64,000 nt of DNA, from the IMG/VR virus record IMGVR_UViG_3300037755_000305, positions 32,001 to 96,000 of that record; one strand, given 5' to 3'. Numbering within the stretch: position 1 is the first letter of the stretch; every line of letters begins with the position of its first letter. This DNA is from a virus. The notes beneath the pieces were generated by a model, which saw only the letters and a list, made by a program, of their open reading frames with translations, ran no database searches and was not told where the DNA came from. A program made the position numbers and the translations under genes. Positions 8,891 to 19,212 of this stretch are shown piece after piece.

Positions 8891-10313
8891 AAATGTAGAA
8901 ACCAGAGCGCAGCTTTTGAGAAAAGCTAAGCAGAAGACCCAAAGCAAATTGCAGGGGTCTGACAAGCCGTATTTTGGATTCATAAAGGAATACAATTCTG
9001 TCGCTGACACTACACTTGTGGACAGTCACGGCGGCCGAAGAATTATTGCAAACCCTCACCCCCATTTGGGGCGTACAGCTTGGATGCGTGCCGCCCCGGA
9101 GGCTGGAATGGGTTCCTTGCTGATTGTGCGCAGTGATTCTAACGAACCAGAGCACATGCGTTACTGGCATACGGACACGCAGGCTAGAATATTGGCCTTT
9201 AGACAGAATGCTAAAAACATTATCGAGGGCTCTGGCGAACTTGTGAGCTTAGAAGCATTCAGGCCCCTTGACGAAGGGGAGATCGACTTTACCTCACGAG
9301 GAGGTGCTAACTTTTTTATGGGCAACAGGCCACATATTGACATGCGTGCGGGCATTGTTTCCTTGAAAATGGATCAGGACGAGGCGGAATTTGGAACTAA
9401 GTCTCCGTTACACATACGACGAGGATACCAGAATCGTGAAAACTCCATAATTGATGAAGAGAGATTCGGTGTGGTGCGAAGACAGGTAGCAGGAAGTTAT
9501 GTAGACAAATTCTTCCCGGACTCAGATGGAAAACAAGGGCAGGATGCTAGTGGTTTTGCCAAGGAACACTTGATACGTATGTCTAACGCTCAGGGAACTG
9601 CTCCGGCTGTATTGTTTGATACCCGAATCGGAAACTCCATGGATGACGATGGAATTCCCTACACTTTGGATGATACAGGTCTAAATCTCCGTGCAAGGGT
9701 GGAATACTTCACACCGACTGAAACATCTGTTCTGGCGCAGTTAGACGAAAATGGGAACTTCAAAATAGAGCATCCTATAGACGCAAATATTGGAGGAAGT
9801 TTTAGCCTACCAGCAGGCACCTTGAAAGCCCAAATAGGTCTAAATTTCGAGAGAACTGTAGGACGCAACGAAGATGTTAGTATAGGTGTAGATAGAATTC
9901 AGAGTATTGGTAATGACGACATCAAAGAAGTTGGCAATATACGTCGAATTACGGTAATAGGAGATGAGATTCGGCTATTGCAGGCAAATTCAATGGAGAC
10001 CGTAGAGGGCAACAAAACTATAGCAGTCAAAGGCTCCTTGGCTGTTTCTACGGGGTTGGACACAAGTAAAATGAACTTCACCAACACTAGTGGATCTTTC
10101 GAATGCGATGTGTTTACAGTGCTGGCCAAGTCTATCGTGCTGGAAGCACCTCTCGTAACAATTTCTGGAAACTTGGATGTTACAGGCACCATAAAGGCTG
10201 GTGGCGTACTTAGCAATTCTGGTATCGTGGCCCCTAACTTACAAAGGAAGGATTTCAGCGGTACCAAAGGTACGGCAGGAAGCCTGTCCAGTGCAAAGGC
10301 TATTAGATCGTAA
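8883..10313 (+). CDS. baseplate central spike (gp5/VgrG-like)
   Basis: C-terminal 8-residue beta-helix repeats (IGLNFERTVGRNEDVSIGVDRIQSIGNDDIKEVG); follows the hub gene. Confidence 0.8.
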   Translation: MARNVETRAQLLRKAKQKTQSKLQGSDKPYFGFIKEYNSVADTTLVDSHGGRRIIANPHPHLGRTAWMRAAPEAGMGSLLIVRSDSNEPEHMRYWHTDTQARILAFRQNAKNIIEGSGELVSLEAFRPLDEGEIDFTSRGGANFFMGNRPHIDMRAGIVSLKMDQDEAEFGTKSPLHIRRGYQNRENSIIDEERFGVVRRQVAGSYVDKFFPDSDGKQGQDASGFAKEHLIRMSNAQGTAPAVLFDTRIGNSMDDDGIPYTLDDTGLNLRARVEYFTPTETSVLAQLDENGNFKIEHPIDANIGGSFSLPAGTLKAQIGLNFERTVGRNEDVSIGVDRIQSIGNDDIKEVGNIRRITVIGDEIRLLQANSMETVEGNKTIAVKGSLAVSTGLDTSKMNFTNTSGSFECDVFTVLAKSIVLEAPLVTISGNLDVTGTIKAGGVLSNSGIVAPNLQRKDFSGTKGTAGSLSSAKAIRS

Positions 10314-12397
10314 TGACTGTTAAAAGTGCAGTAAGAGAGGTTGTAGCTGAAGGGACTGTTCTCGCGGAAACTATTTGCACGGAATTGGATAGCCTCGATT
10401 TCAGTACAGCCTCTATTGCAGAACTCAAAACCAAGTATGACACCATCATCAGAAAGGTGTTTGGTGTTGGGTACGATCAATTGGCCACCAACAGGTCTTT
10501 GCCTCCAGTTAGTCCTACTTCTCTGTACGATCAGACTAGATTGGCTCTAACAGATATTATAGCTGTAGGAACAATCTTTGTTCCTTCCGCAACTACTCAA
10601 AGCAATCTGAAAGATTTACAAGAGTTTTACATAAGCGTTGGAGAAGATTTGTCTCTCGTGACTTCGGCTATTGATTCTCATCCAGGAGGAATACCGGAAG
10701 AAGATACATTTGAGTTGGCTATCAACCATTTTTCAATCAAGTCCACCAGTGCGCGAAATCCCAACGGAACTTTCAAGAGCAGAAATGAGCTATCTTCGGA
10801 GCTTGGACTCGACACTTTCGAATATTTTGTATTCCCAGATATTTCGCAACTGTACTTCGTAGTGTACCCCATTTTCATTGGAATGAACAAACAACTTGAA
10901 TCCACTTCCCGTAAGATAAACATTCCTAAGTCTCAATTATCTTTGCGTGTTGTATGGTTCGGAACTGTAAACCCAAGCAGCGCTAATTTCTCCAAGATGA
11001 AGACAACTCTGGGTCTAAACAACTTACAGATTCGATCTGCCTCTTTTGGAGATGATCTGGCAAGAAGCAGCTCTAGTGTTTTCAACACGCTAATAACCGT
11101 TATGCTTGATAGGTTCCGATTTACCGGAAGCTCTTTACCGTCTTCTTCTAGTCTTTTGAAGATTCTTGATGCCGTACAGAAGGACGCATACGAGTTTCTG
11201 TCTCAGGTTACGTTCGGAACTACAGTGCTGTCTGATAGAGATGTAGTTTCAGACTCCAGGGAATCAGGAATTTCGGATTCCGATCTTGAGTATTCTTTGG
11301 TCAGACGGGTCGATCAAAATTTCAAGGGGGCGGACCTTAGCGCCAACAATCTAAGAACTATTGTGTTTCCGCAGACCAGTAACTTAAATGAACGAAGAAC
11401 GTTAGCTTTCGCATTACAACAGGAGCCGGATACTCTACGCTTTACCAACAATGCCCTAAACCAGAGCCCGGAATATCGCAAAGACTTAGTGTCCGCGTCA
11501 AAAAGACTTGTAGCTTCGATTGCGGCACACCGGATCATCATTGCTAGAGAATCTTCCACACAACTAGACATCCAAAGAGCATTGTTAGCTATTTTGGCAG
11601 ACATAACATCCCTACAACAGGCATATCAGACATTTCTGTCGCCCCCTACACCCGGGCCTAGAATCAAGGGCGATAGGACGATAGAATCGACCAACAACAC
11701 CCTCACTCGTGCCTGCGATTTGGTAAAGTCCTTGAGGATTCGAGATCAAATTACTCAATTCCCTGAGGATTTTGACGGACAAATTGACTCAGATTTGCAA
11801 GAGGTTCTTGACGGTCTTTTGTCACTAACCTTTTTGCTAGACGAATACCTGACAATCTATAGGTACGGAGAAGTTAGAGACTTTTTAGCTGCTTGCGTGT
11901 CGGTTGGGAGTATGACCAACGTCTTACTGGCTGATGGAGAACCATCGACGAGCAATCTGATAACGGAACTTCCCGCAGGGATCAAAGAACTGCGTACCCA
12001 AATCCAAAATGTGCTTCTATCTGATCCGAACACAGAAGTTCTGTACCGTAACGTATCTATACAGGTAGGGGCTTTTTCTTCTGTTCTACGGGGAAATAGC
12101 GAGGATTCTCCGGCCGAACGTCTGCTTAGCTTGCCCGTAACGGTCCTAGACTCTTTGTTGCCTTCAACCGAGTTCCCGGAATCATACAGTATTCCTCTGG
12201 AAAATGGACAAGAGGAAGCTTTGCGACAAATTCGCGATAGTTTTGACGTGCTGCAAAGAACGGTGGTTTCCACTATCAGAGATTTGGGAGTGTACGGCTC
12301 CAATTACGGTTGTGCTATTAACGATGCCAAATTCTTTGTTTCTCGCCTTTCAGGAGATTCAGTGAGGAAGCTTGTAACAGAACTGAGACAGTCTTAA
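10313..12397 (+). CDS. hypothetical protein, probably virion/baseplate
   Basis: 694-aa ORF coupled (TAATG) within the baseplate operon. Confidence 0.65.
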   Translation: MTVKSAVREVVAEGTVLAETICTELDSLDFSTASIAELKTKYDTIIRKVFGVGYDQLATNRSLPPVSPTSLYDQTRLALTDIIAVGTIFVPSATTQSNLKDLQEFYISVGEDLSLVTSAIDSHPGGIPEEDTFELAINHFSIKSTSARNPNGTFKSRNELSSELGLDTFEYFVFPDISQLYFVVYPIFIGMNKQLESTSRKINIPKSQLSLRVVWFGTVNPSSANFSKMKTTLGLNNLQIRSASFGDDLARSSSSVFNTLITVMLDRFRFTGSSLPSSSSLLKILDAVQKDAYEFLSQVTFGTTVLSDRDVVSDSRESGISDSDLEYSLVRRVDQNFKGADLSANNLRTIVFPQTSNLNERRTLAFALQQEPDTLRFTNNALNQSPEYRKDLVSASKRLVASIAAHRIIIARESSTQLDIQRALLAILADITSLQQAYQTFLSPPTPGPRIKGDRTIESTNNTLTRACDLVKSLRIRDQITQFPEDFDGQIDSDLQEVLDGLLSLTFLLDEYLTIYRYGEVRDFLAACVSVGSMTNVLLADGEPSTSNLITELPAGIKELRTQIQNVLLSDPNTEVLYRNVSIQVGAFSSVLRGNSEDSPAERLLSLPVTVLDSLLPSTEFPESYSIPLENGQEEALRQIRDSFDVLQRTVVSTIRDLGVYGSNYGCAINDAKFFVSRLSGDSVRKLVTELRQS

Positions 12398-13086
12398 TGC
12401 CTATCAACACATTCGTCAGCACAAACCTTTTTCCTAACCTCACTCAAGAAGAGCGTCTTCGCGTACAGATCTTCAGCGCCGAGAGAACCATCGACCTGCC
12501 CAGGTTTTTCAATGCTGGAACCCAAAAGCTAGGAGACGTTCCCAACGAGACCATTTCCAGAGAGTTTGAGGCGTTCCTTATTCTACAGTCTATTCAAAGC
12601 CCTGAAAAGCTTTCGGACGCTATGGTTTGGTTCAACGAGTCTGCCGATTTACAGCTCAAGAGATTAGATCGAGACAATCTTCTAAGGGAATCGTACTTAG
12701 AGGAGAAAACTGACGCGCTAGCCAAGGCCCAGGAGCTAAACGACAGGATTGTACGCTTCACGACCTTCAGGTCCACTTTCCAAGAAGTAGACCTGGGACC
12801 CGAAGTTGACCCAAATTTGTATCCTCCTGCTAGATTCTCCTCGGTTCCAGAAATAAGCCTCATCATGCGGGATTCCCAGGCAGCAATGGGCCAAATTTCG
12901 TCTGACGCTAAACGGGCGGAATATAGAGTAGTTATGGACGAAGTTTTGGATAAGGCTCGTATTTCTAGGGTAAGGACAGGAGATTCTATCTCCGGCATTG
13001 CAGACGACAAAATCGCGGAAGAGTTGCTCTCCTGGCGAAACGTAATATCTGACGTGCAGTCCCGTGTGACGGGAGGTAACAGATAA
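12397..13086 (+). CDS. hypothetical protein, probably baseplate
   Basis: Coupled ORF between the spike region and the gp25-like gene. Confidence 0.6.
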   Translation: MPINTFVSTNLFPNLTQEERLRVQIFSAERTIDLPRFFNAGTQKLGDVPNETISREFEAFLILQSIQSPEKLSDAMVWFNESADLQLKRLDRDNLLRESYLEEKTDALAKAQELNDRIVRFTTFRSTFQEVDLGPEVDPNLYPPARFSSVPEISLIMRDSQAAMGQISSDAKRAEYRVVMDEVLDKARISRVRTGDSISGIADDKIAEELLSWRNVISDVQSRVTGGNR

Positions 13087-13607
13087 TGACAGCCACATTT
13101 AGAATGGTAGACGGAGATTTGTTTTTCGATGTAAACGGTCGCCTGGATGAGGTCGAAAATTTCGACAAGGTAAGTCAGGATATCGCAGAAGTTCTTTTGA
13201 CACACTTTGATGTTGATAGGGATTTTGGAAGTGAGCTTGCACTTATTGACACTTCTCCAGTATTCAATATCAGTAGGTCTCAGGTAACTTCTTACGTGCT
13301 GGATGCGATTGAGCGCCTAAGAACCTATCAGAGAACCAGTGCTTACACAACAGCACAAGAAGAGATTGCAGCCATTGAGCAGATTGAAGTGTTTCAGAAC
13401 GACCAAACAGAAATTACTTTCGGACTAGGTGTTTTGACCACAGCGGGTCCAACAGTAGAGGCTACAACGCGGCTTGACAGAACACCGGTATCTTTGAACC
13501 ACTTGTTGCCTCCGGGCTCCAGCCAACAGGCTCAACAGGCCAACGCTAGAAACAGGACCGCAAACCAATCGCCAGTGATTACCGGAGAAGTACATAATGG
13601 CATGTGA
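13086..13607 (+). CDS. baseplate wedge / sheath initiator (gp25/GPW-like)
   Basis: GDLFFDVNGRL..V...KVSQDIAEVLL; lies upstream of baseplate J. Confidence 0.75.
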   Translation: MTATFRMVDGDLFFDVNGRLDEVENFDKVSQDIAEVLLTHFDVDRDFGSELALIDTSPVFNISRSQVTSYVLDAIERLRTYQRTSAYTTAQEEIAAIEQIEVFQNDQTEITFGLGVLTTAGPTVEATTRLDRTPVSLNHLLPPGSSQQAQQANARNRTANQSPVITGEVHNGM

Positions 13608-13674
13608 GATGTGCAGCTTGAGTAAGAATACCAAAACAGGTAAAGAATTCATAGAACACTTGGAGTCGATCTGA
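13597..13674 (+). pseudogene. 25-aa mini-ORF resembling the C-terminus of an HNH endonuclease (not in the ORF track)
   Basis: ATG at 13597 after GGAGAAG gives MACEMCSLSKNTKTGKEFIEHLESI*. Its TGA overlaps the ATG of baseplate J. Confidence 0.5.
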
Positions 13675-15074
13675 TGGCGCGCTCAGTAGAACAAATTCAA
13701 AAGTCGATGCAGACTTCTGTAGAGGGTGCTGATCCCACGATCGAGTCTCGAAGTGGTCCTGTGTATAACATTATGCTTCAGCCTGTCTCTAATGAGATTG
13801 CCAAAATTGAGGCCGAACAGGACCGAATCAACGCTCTGTATTCCCTGCAATTCCAAGAAGTGGCCACTGTGGATGAGACTACTGCTCTGGCTACCAACTT
13901 TGGGCTACAGAGAGCGCCTGGGTCGAAATCTTCAGTAGTAGTGTATTTTTTCCGATTCACGCGCCCCCAACAACCCGCTGTCGTTAGACGCGGCTCCTTA
14001 ATCAGCAATCTTGACGGAACCCTACAGTATATCGTACAGGAGGATGCCGTTATTGACCCCAGCAACGCCGAAGCATTCTTCAATGCAGCTCGCCGAACTT
14101 ATGAGGTGGCTGTGAACGCTGTAGCTGTGTCTCCGGGTGACAACTACAATGTCCCGGCTTTCCGAATTAACACTCTGGTTACTGCCAATTCAGATTACGA
14201 TGGTGTAGAGAGCAGAGCCGCAGCCACAGGCGGTAGCGAGCAGGAAACTCAGACAGCAGAGGTCGCTCGTATTCGTAAGCGTTTTGCCGGTTTGAACACT
14301 GGATCTATTGATGGAATCAGGTTCGTTGCCGCAAACTCGTACCCTGAATACGTAAACGACGTAGCCGTTATCCAGCCCTCAAATGTTCTGTTTTTGCGGT
14401 CCCCGACTACACCAGCTCTAGACATCTACGTTGCGGGAAGAAATTTTGAAACTGTTAGGCAGAGCTACGTAGCGCTTGGCGGAGAGACGCAACTAGAGTT
14501 AGCCAGCCCTCCCGCTGTTGTGGGGTCCCTGGCACTTACTATAAACGGTATCGTGAACACGGACGCCGTTATCGTACTGGACGAAACTGCAAATGCTGGA
14601 ACAGTTAGAGCAGTGGACACTATTCTTCTTAATAGCCCAATGAGTGCCGGAGACGTGGCCACATTCTCGTATTCCTTCAATCGTCTTGTGTATGATGTGC
14701 AGCAAGAATATGAGCCAACAAGCGTGGGAGATTCTCTGTTGTTTGGCACAGACATTCTCGTGCATCAAGCAGAAGTTGCACCGATTACGGTTATAATGTC
14801 CATTAGAGTAGCATCCTCATTCGACGTCCCTAGAACTACAGATCAGGTGCAAAACGTTGTGCAGGCGTATGTGAACCAGAATGTCTTCGGATTTACTCTA
14901 TTCCCCGAGACTCTGAGAGAGCAGATACTAACAACGGTGCAAGGTGTGTCTTCTTTGGATCTTCAAGAGTTTCGTCGCACGGACTTGTCTCTACGAGATG
15001 TCGAGATCATAGAGATGAACGATAACGAGATTTCACAGCTAGACGACGAAAACTTCGAGCTAAACGTTAGGTAA
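13674..15074 (+). CDS. baseplate J / gp6-like wedge protein
   Basis: NFGLQRAPG..S...V.F, AVAVSPGDNYNV, GGSEQET...R.R are typical Baseplate_J segments. Confidence 0.88.
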   Translation: MARSVEQIQKSMQTSVEGADPTIESRSGPVYNIMLQPVSNEIAKIEAEQDRINALYSLQFQEVATVDETTALATNFGLQRAPGSKSSVVVYFFRFTRPQQPAVVRRGSLISNLDGTLQYIVQEDAVIDPSNAEAFFNAARRTYEVAVNAVAVSPGDNYNVPAFRINTLVTANSDYDGVESRAAATGGSEQETQTAEVARIRKRFAGLNTGSIDGIRFVAANSYPEYVNDVAVIQPSNVLFLRSPTTPALDIYVAGRNFETVRQSYVALGGETQLELASPPAVVGSLALTINGIVNTDAVIVLDETANAGTVRAVDTILLNSPMSAGDVATFSYSFNRLVYDVQQEYEPTSVGDSLLFGTDILVHQAEVAPITVIMSIRVASSFDVPRTTDQVQNVVQAYVNQNVFGFTLFPETLREQILTTVQGVSSLDLQEFRRTDLSLRDVEIIEMNDNEISQLDDENFELNVR

Positions 15075-15076
15075 CT

Positions 15077-18000
15077 ATGACTATCAGAGTTGCACTACAG
15101 CCTCAGGTATACCAGACAAACCTGAACAATATGCTATACGGCAGTTCCGACGAGGTACTTGGCACCTTCAAGGGCATTCCTCGCGGTAAATTCACAAACT
15201 TGTCTGGACCTATTACTCAGTTTACAGCTAACGAGACCGCGTTCAAAATCATAACAGATAGTCCCGGAGAGGTTCACACTATTAGAGCCACTCTAATAAG
15301 CAACGACACCAGAAGCAATGTTCTGAAGATAAGGAATCAAGTAGTAGAAAAGCAATTCGTGCCTGTTAACACCACCACTACCGAGTTCATCAGCTTATTG
15401 AAGGGCGAGAATTTGATAGAGGTGTTCACGTCTAATGACTCCACATTTACCTCCGTTATTTCGTCCCACGTAGGTACTTTCGTAACCACCTACGCCCGAG
15501 AAATTTTCAGCAGCACCCAGAACCCTCTTGATGAGCAAACCCGGGCACTATTCAGCGACTTCTCATCACGGATGACAGAAATCTTGATCCCCTTCCAAGA
15601 CCTGTATGCTGATCCTAAATCTTTGAGAACCTTGATTAGCCGTTTCGTTACACGGGCTTACATGACCAACAGCGGCTCTACCCAAGGTGTGCGTGATTTT
15701 GCAACAGCCCTACTTGGCACTACGCCTATCTTCGTTCCAACGCAAACAGACCAGACCCAGTTTGAGCCAGACGTAGTTCCGCTATACAGAAGCCAGCTAG
15801 AGTTCGGAGGTTACGAGGCTCATTCTTGGATTCCAAATTATGAGATCATCCACTGGCTAACTTTCATTCGTCTAATCAACAACGCTAGACACTTCTACAA
15901 GATCCAAGAAATTGGAGAACACGAGATTCTGGTTCTGGCAAACGAATTTGAAGAAAGACATCTATTTGATTTCGATGATCCGGCAGCCACAGCCTACAGT
16001 GAGTTCACCTTCACTGATTTCCGAATCGTTGTACAGATCCTAGATAGGTTGATAATACGGTTTTGCGCCGCAGCGTATCCGTTTGACCTTTTCATCACGG
16101 AAGACAATCCTTTAGGTCAGAAGAGGCTGGCGTTCGATTCCAACATTCCGTTCGATTCTGGAGATCTTTTGGACTCTCCAGATTTAGATCCTGGTGCAAC
16201 TGGGTGGGTGGGTCTATCTTTGACAGGACGTTTCGAACAGTACGCCAATAACTCTAATCCAATCATATATGCTTTGGACTCCCTATTCATCACTCCTAGT
16301 CCTACATCTGGCTTGGAGGAATGTGTTTACGACGGGTATTTCACTCAAATCGTCAGCACCCTTTCCAGCGAGCTTGAATTAGATATTGACGTGGAGGTGG
16401 AAGCTGAACTTAATGAACCGCTTTCGGCTGTGACTTTGGAAACCAATGACATAGAAATCAATTTGCTGGACTTCAGCTCTATTGCAGATTTCAGCATCAT
16501 AGGAGCTGACCCCGGAAGCATCTCGGAGGATAGTGGTATCGCGTTGTCTGGAACTGCATCTGTAAAGCACACTATTGTACCCACACCAAACAGTGCTCCA
16601 GAGATTGTGTACTCCGGTCCGACTATGAACTGGTCTAATGCTGGCGGTCAAACAGTGTATCTTACAGTGTTCGTAGGACCAGAGGCATTCGGAACTGTGA
16701 ATAACGTAGAGGGCATACCTAATTACCCAGGTAATCTAGCTAGTATCGGCGTTATTGCAGAAGACAGTCTCGGGCGAAAGCGTAGCTGGAAGTTCGACAA
16801 AGAAAATCTGGTGGAAGCGGTAAACGTGCTTCCGGTATTCATAGATTTTCCGGATGGTGGAATTTCTGATCCCGGGTTCGACTCTTCAGACATCGCTGGC
16901 TTCAGTCTCACACCTGTTCCGGCGGAAGGCTCTACAGGTTGGTCCGACCTATATTTTGGGCGTCTGTACAAGATGGAGCCGTCTGGAACCTATCGTCCTT
17001 CTCGGGCAAAAGTGAAACTGGAAGACATCGACAATATTGCTCCCGAAAGCCTGTGGGGCAGCAAGTTGACATTTACGGATCGCTTTGGAGACTCTCAGAT
17101 ACTTTTGGCTGATCCTTCCTACAACGTGGATGGAGACACGGTATACATTCCGGGACGTTACAAGATTCAGCGCACGGCCGGAATCGGCACTGAAGGTTTC
17201 AATCGAGACGTTACTGTAGAAAATCTTCGGAAAGAGGCGGGCAGGTTCCTAAATACGTTGGTAAAGTCAAGCACTTACACAGGTCCGGGAGATGAACGTT
17301 TCGTAAACCTTTTTACACGACAGTTCTCCCCCACGGGTGATGAGCTGTCTCTCGCCTTCACAAACCCGAATCCAGGTCCCGACCTGATCGACATCACAGG
17401 CTTCTCCGGCGGCTCTGTGGGCTTCGCAGAAGGTCTTGTAGGCGACCTGGGAACGTCTGTAGCACAGCAATTCGAACTATCGGAACCGGGCAGCGTGTCT
17501 TTCCTAGAACTCCACCTACATCGCATTGGAGATCCTGTAGGAAGCATTTCTGCCTCGATTCACGAGGACAACGCAGGCAAGCCGGGGAATCTCATAGAGA
17601 GCGCTGAGGGAGTTCTAGCGAGGAAAATTCCTAGCGGTATCCCTAAGTACACAGTATTTCGAATGTTTACCCCTGTAGCTCTTGACGCTTCCACACCTTA
17701 CTGGATTGTGGTGTCTGGGAATGAGACATACTCCAACGGGATTCCCCTGTATCGCTCCGGTTTTGACGAGCAGTTTCCCCCTTTTCAAAGCTATGCTCTC
17801 AACTTTGGAAACCCCACTTGGACATGGATTGGCGCAGAAGCGGGCAACGGCGGTGTAACCCCTAATGAGCGCTCTATAACTGTGGAAGCTCCTCCGGGAC
17901 ACGAACAGGGGGTTATTCTAGCTAACCCATTGAATTTGTTTGATTTTACAAACTACGAACTACTACTGACTCTGAGTAATCAGGTAGCTTCCGGCGGACT

Positions 18001-18400
18001 TTTTCCAACAGCAAGTGGGGCTGTATACATACAATGGTATGATGACGCTCTTACCTTCCTTGGACGGACCGCTGTTTCTCTTACGAATCCTAACAACGAT
18101 TCTTTGGTTATTGATATGGCGGGTCCACTATTTGACCCCCTTCCTGGGGCCACCAAATTTGGATTTCTGTTCTCTGCCTTCACAAATACAGGAGCCTTCA
18201 CACTGGAAGAGATCGAGATTCGCGAGAAAAACACGCTGTCTTTGCCGCCAGGACCAGAAAATCAGATCGTATGGACTAAAGAGACTGGAGGGTATTCGTA
18301 TCCGAGAGCTAAGACAACGGCAGATCTAGTTCCTGTAAATGGAACTAGATGGGTTACAAATGCGGGGGAACACCACTACTTCAAGGTCATAGGTTCTTAG
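15077..18400 (+). CDS. large baseplate wedge protein (P2 gpI/gp7-like core) with C-terminal beta-sandwich domains
   Basis: AYMTNSGSTQGVRDFATALLG. The C-terminal VAQQF..LELHL..SIHEDNAGKPG..YWIVV resembles a choice-of-anchor-R-like module. Confidence 0.65.
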   Translation: MTIRVALQPQVYQTNLNNMLYGSSDEVLGTFKGIPRGKFTNLSGPITQFTANETAFKIITDSPGEVHTIRATLISNDTRSNVLKIRNQVVEKQFVPVNTTTTEFISLLKGENLIEVFTSNDSTFTSVISSHVGTFVTTYAREIFSSTQNPLDEQTRALFSDFSSRMTEILIPFQDLYADPKSLRTLISRFVTRAYMTNSGSTQGVRDFATALLGTTPIFVPTQTDQTQFEPDVVPLYRSQLEFGGYEAHSWIPNYEIIHWLTFIRLINNARHFYKIQEIGEHEILVLANEFEERHLFDFDDPAATAYSEFTFTDFRIVVQILDRLIIRFCAAAYPFDLFITEDNPLGQKRLAFDSNIPFDSGDLLDSPDLDPGATGWVGLSLTGRFEQYANNSNPIIYALDSLFITPSPTSGLEECVYDGYFTQIVSTLSSELELDIDVEVEAELNEPLSAVTLETNDIEINLLDFSSIADFSIIGADPGSISEDSGIALSGTASVKHTIVPTPNSAPEIVYSGPTMNWSNAGGQTVYLTVFVGPEAFGTVNNVEGIPNYPGNLASIGVIAEDSLGRKRSWKFDKENLVEAVNVLPVFIDFPDGGISDPGFDSSDIAGFSLTPVPAEGSTGWSDLYFGRLYKMEPSGTYRPSRAKVKLEDIDNIAPESLWGSKLTFTDRFGDSQILLADPSYNVDGDTVYIPGRYKIQRTAGIGTEGFNRDVTVENLRKEAGRFLNTLVKSSTYTGPGDERFVNLFTRQFSPTGDELSLAFTNPNPGPDLIDITGFSGGSVGFAEGLVGDLGTSVAQQFELSEPGSVSFLELHLHRIGDPVGSISASIHEDNAGKPGNLIESAEGVLARKIPSGIPKYTVFRMFTPVALDASTPYWIVVSGNETYSNGIPLYRSGFDEQFPPFQSYALNFGNPTWTWIGAEAGNGGVTPNERSITVEAPPGHEQGVILANPLNLFDFTNYELLLTLSNQVASGGLFPTASGAVYIQWYDDALTFLGRTAVSLTNPNNDSLVIDMAGPLFDPLPGATKFGFLFSAFTNTGAFTLEEIEIREKNTLSLPPGPENQIVWTKETGGYSYPRAKTTADLVPVNGTRWVTNAGEHHYFKVIGS

Positions 18401-18473
18401 TGCCCGTGACCGTAAATAAATGCTCGGTTATCTCTAGTAGTAGAACCTAGCCGGGCCAGATTAGGAGATAATC

Positions 18474-18752
18474 GTGCGAACATTCGTACTTGACGACGAG
18501 TTTAAAGCAGTTACGGGTCAGCAAACTCGTTTTTACACGCTGGAGGAGGCGGTTGACGCGGCCAGCGTATGGACGCGACAACTAAATCGACCTCTAAAGA
18601 TTTGGGAGTACAGAAACCAGATCAGAGCATTGGCCGGATTGGTGCAACCTGACGGTGCTCTTGTGGTGCCCCAGAAGAACGTTACTCAGGTAGCCGCTGA
18701 CCTCTACAGCAGGGGGCACAAGGATCTAGCGGACGAACTTCTCGAATCGTAA
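18474..18752 (+). CDS. small protein with C-terminal AxxLxxxGxxxLA helix motif
   Basis: Good RBS (TAGGAG) and GTG start; ends VTQVAADLYSRGHKDLADELLES. Confidence 0.65.
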   Translation: MRTFVLDDEFKAVTGQQTRFYTLEEAVDAASVWTRQLNRPLKIWEYRNQIRALAGLVQPDGALVVPQKNVTQVAADLYSRGHKDLADELLES

Positions 18753-18774
18753 GTAGTAGTTAGGAGTCTTAGAC

Positions 18775-19200
18775 ATGGCAATTTCCGTTAAGGCTGCGAT
18801 CACGGATCGCGGGCGCGCAGCTTTCGCTAATCTCACGGTCCACGGCACTTCGTTCGCCGTTACATCCTTCAAAGTAGGAAATGGTGGTCATGATCCTGGT
18901 AATCCCATCATTGCCTTGACACCGGACACATCTCTCAGCGATTTGCCTGGAGTAACTTTTGGTCCCGAGCCTGTTGATGAGTCGGAACTGCCTGACCTTT
19001 TCACTCCTACGTTTCTGTGCGTTCTACAGCAAAATGAAGCTGTTGGCGAGGTGTCCAATATCGGACTGTTTGCCACGTATCCTGATGACGTGGATCCAGA
19101 TCTTGCTGGTACTTCGTTCCTGTTCGCTGTCGGAAACTTTCCTTTGCGAGTTAAGGTGGACACCGAAATTGTGGAGTTCATGGTTTCCGTGATATTCTAA
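18775..19200 (+). CDS. tail-collar/fibre-attachment protein (DUF3751 / P2 gpH N-terminus-like)
   Basis: ITDRGRAAFA..FAVTSFKVGNGG; SNIGLFA; LFAVGNFP. Confidence 0.7.
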   Translation: MAISVKAAITDRGRAAFANLTVHGTSFAVTSFKVGNGGHDPGNPIIALTPDTSLSDLPGVTFGPEPVDESELPDLFTPTFLCVLQQNEAVGEVSNIGLFATYPDDVDPDLAGTSFLFAVGNFPLRVKVDTEIVEFMVSVIF

Positions 19201-19212
19201 GAGGACAGAACT

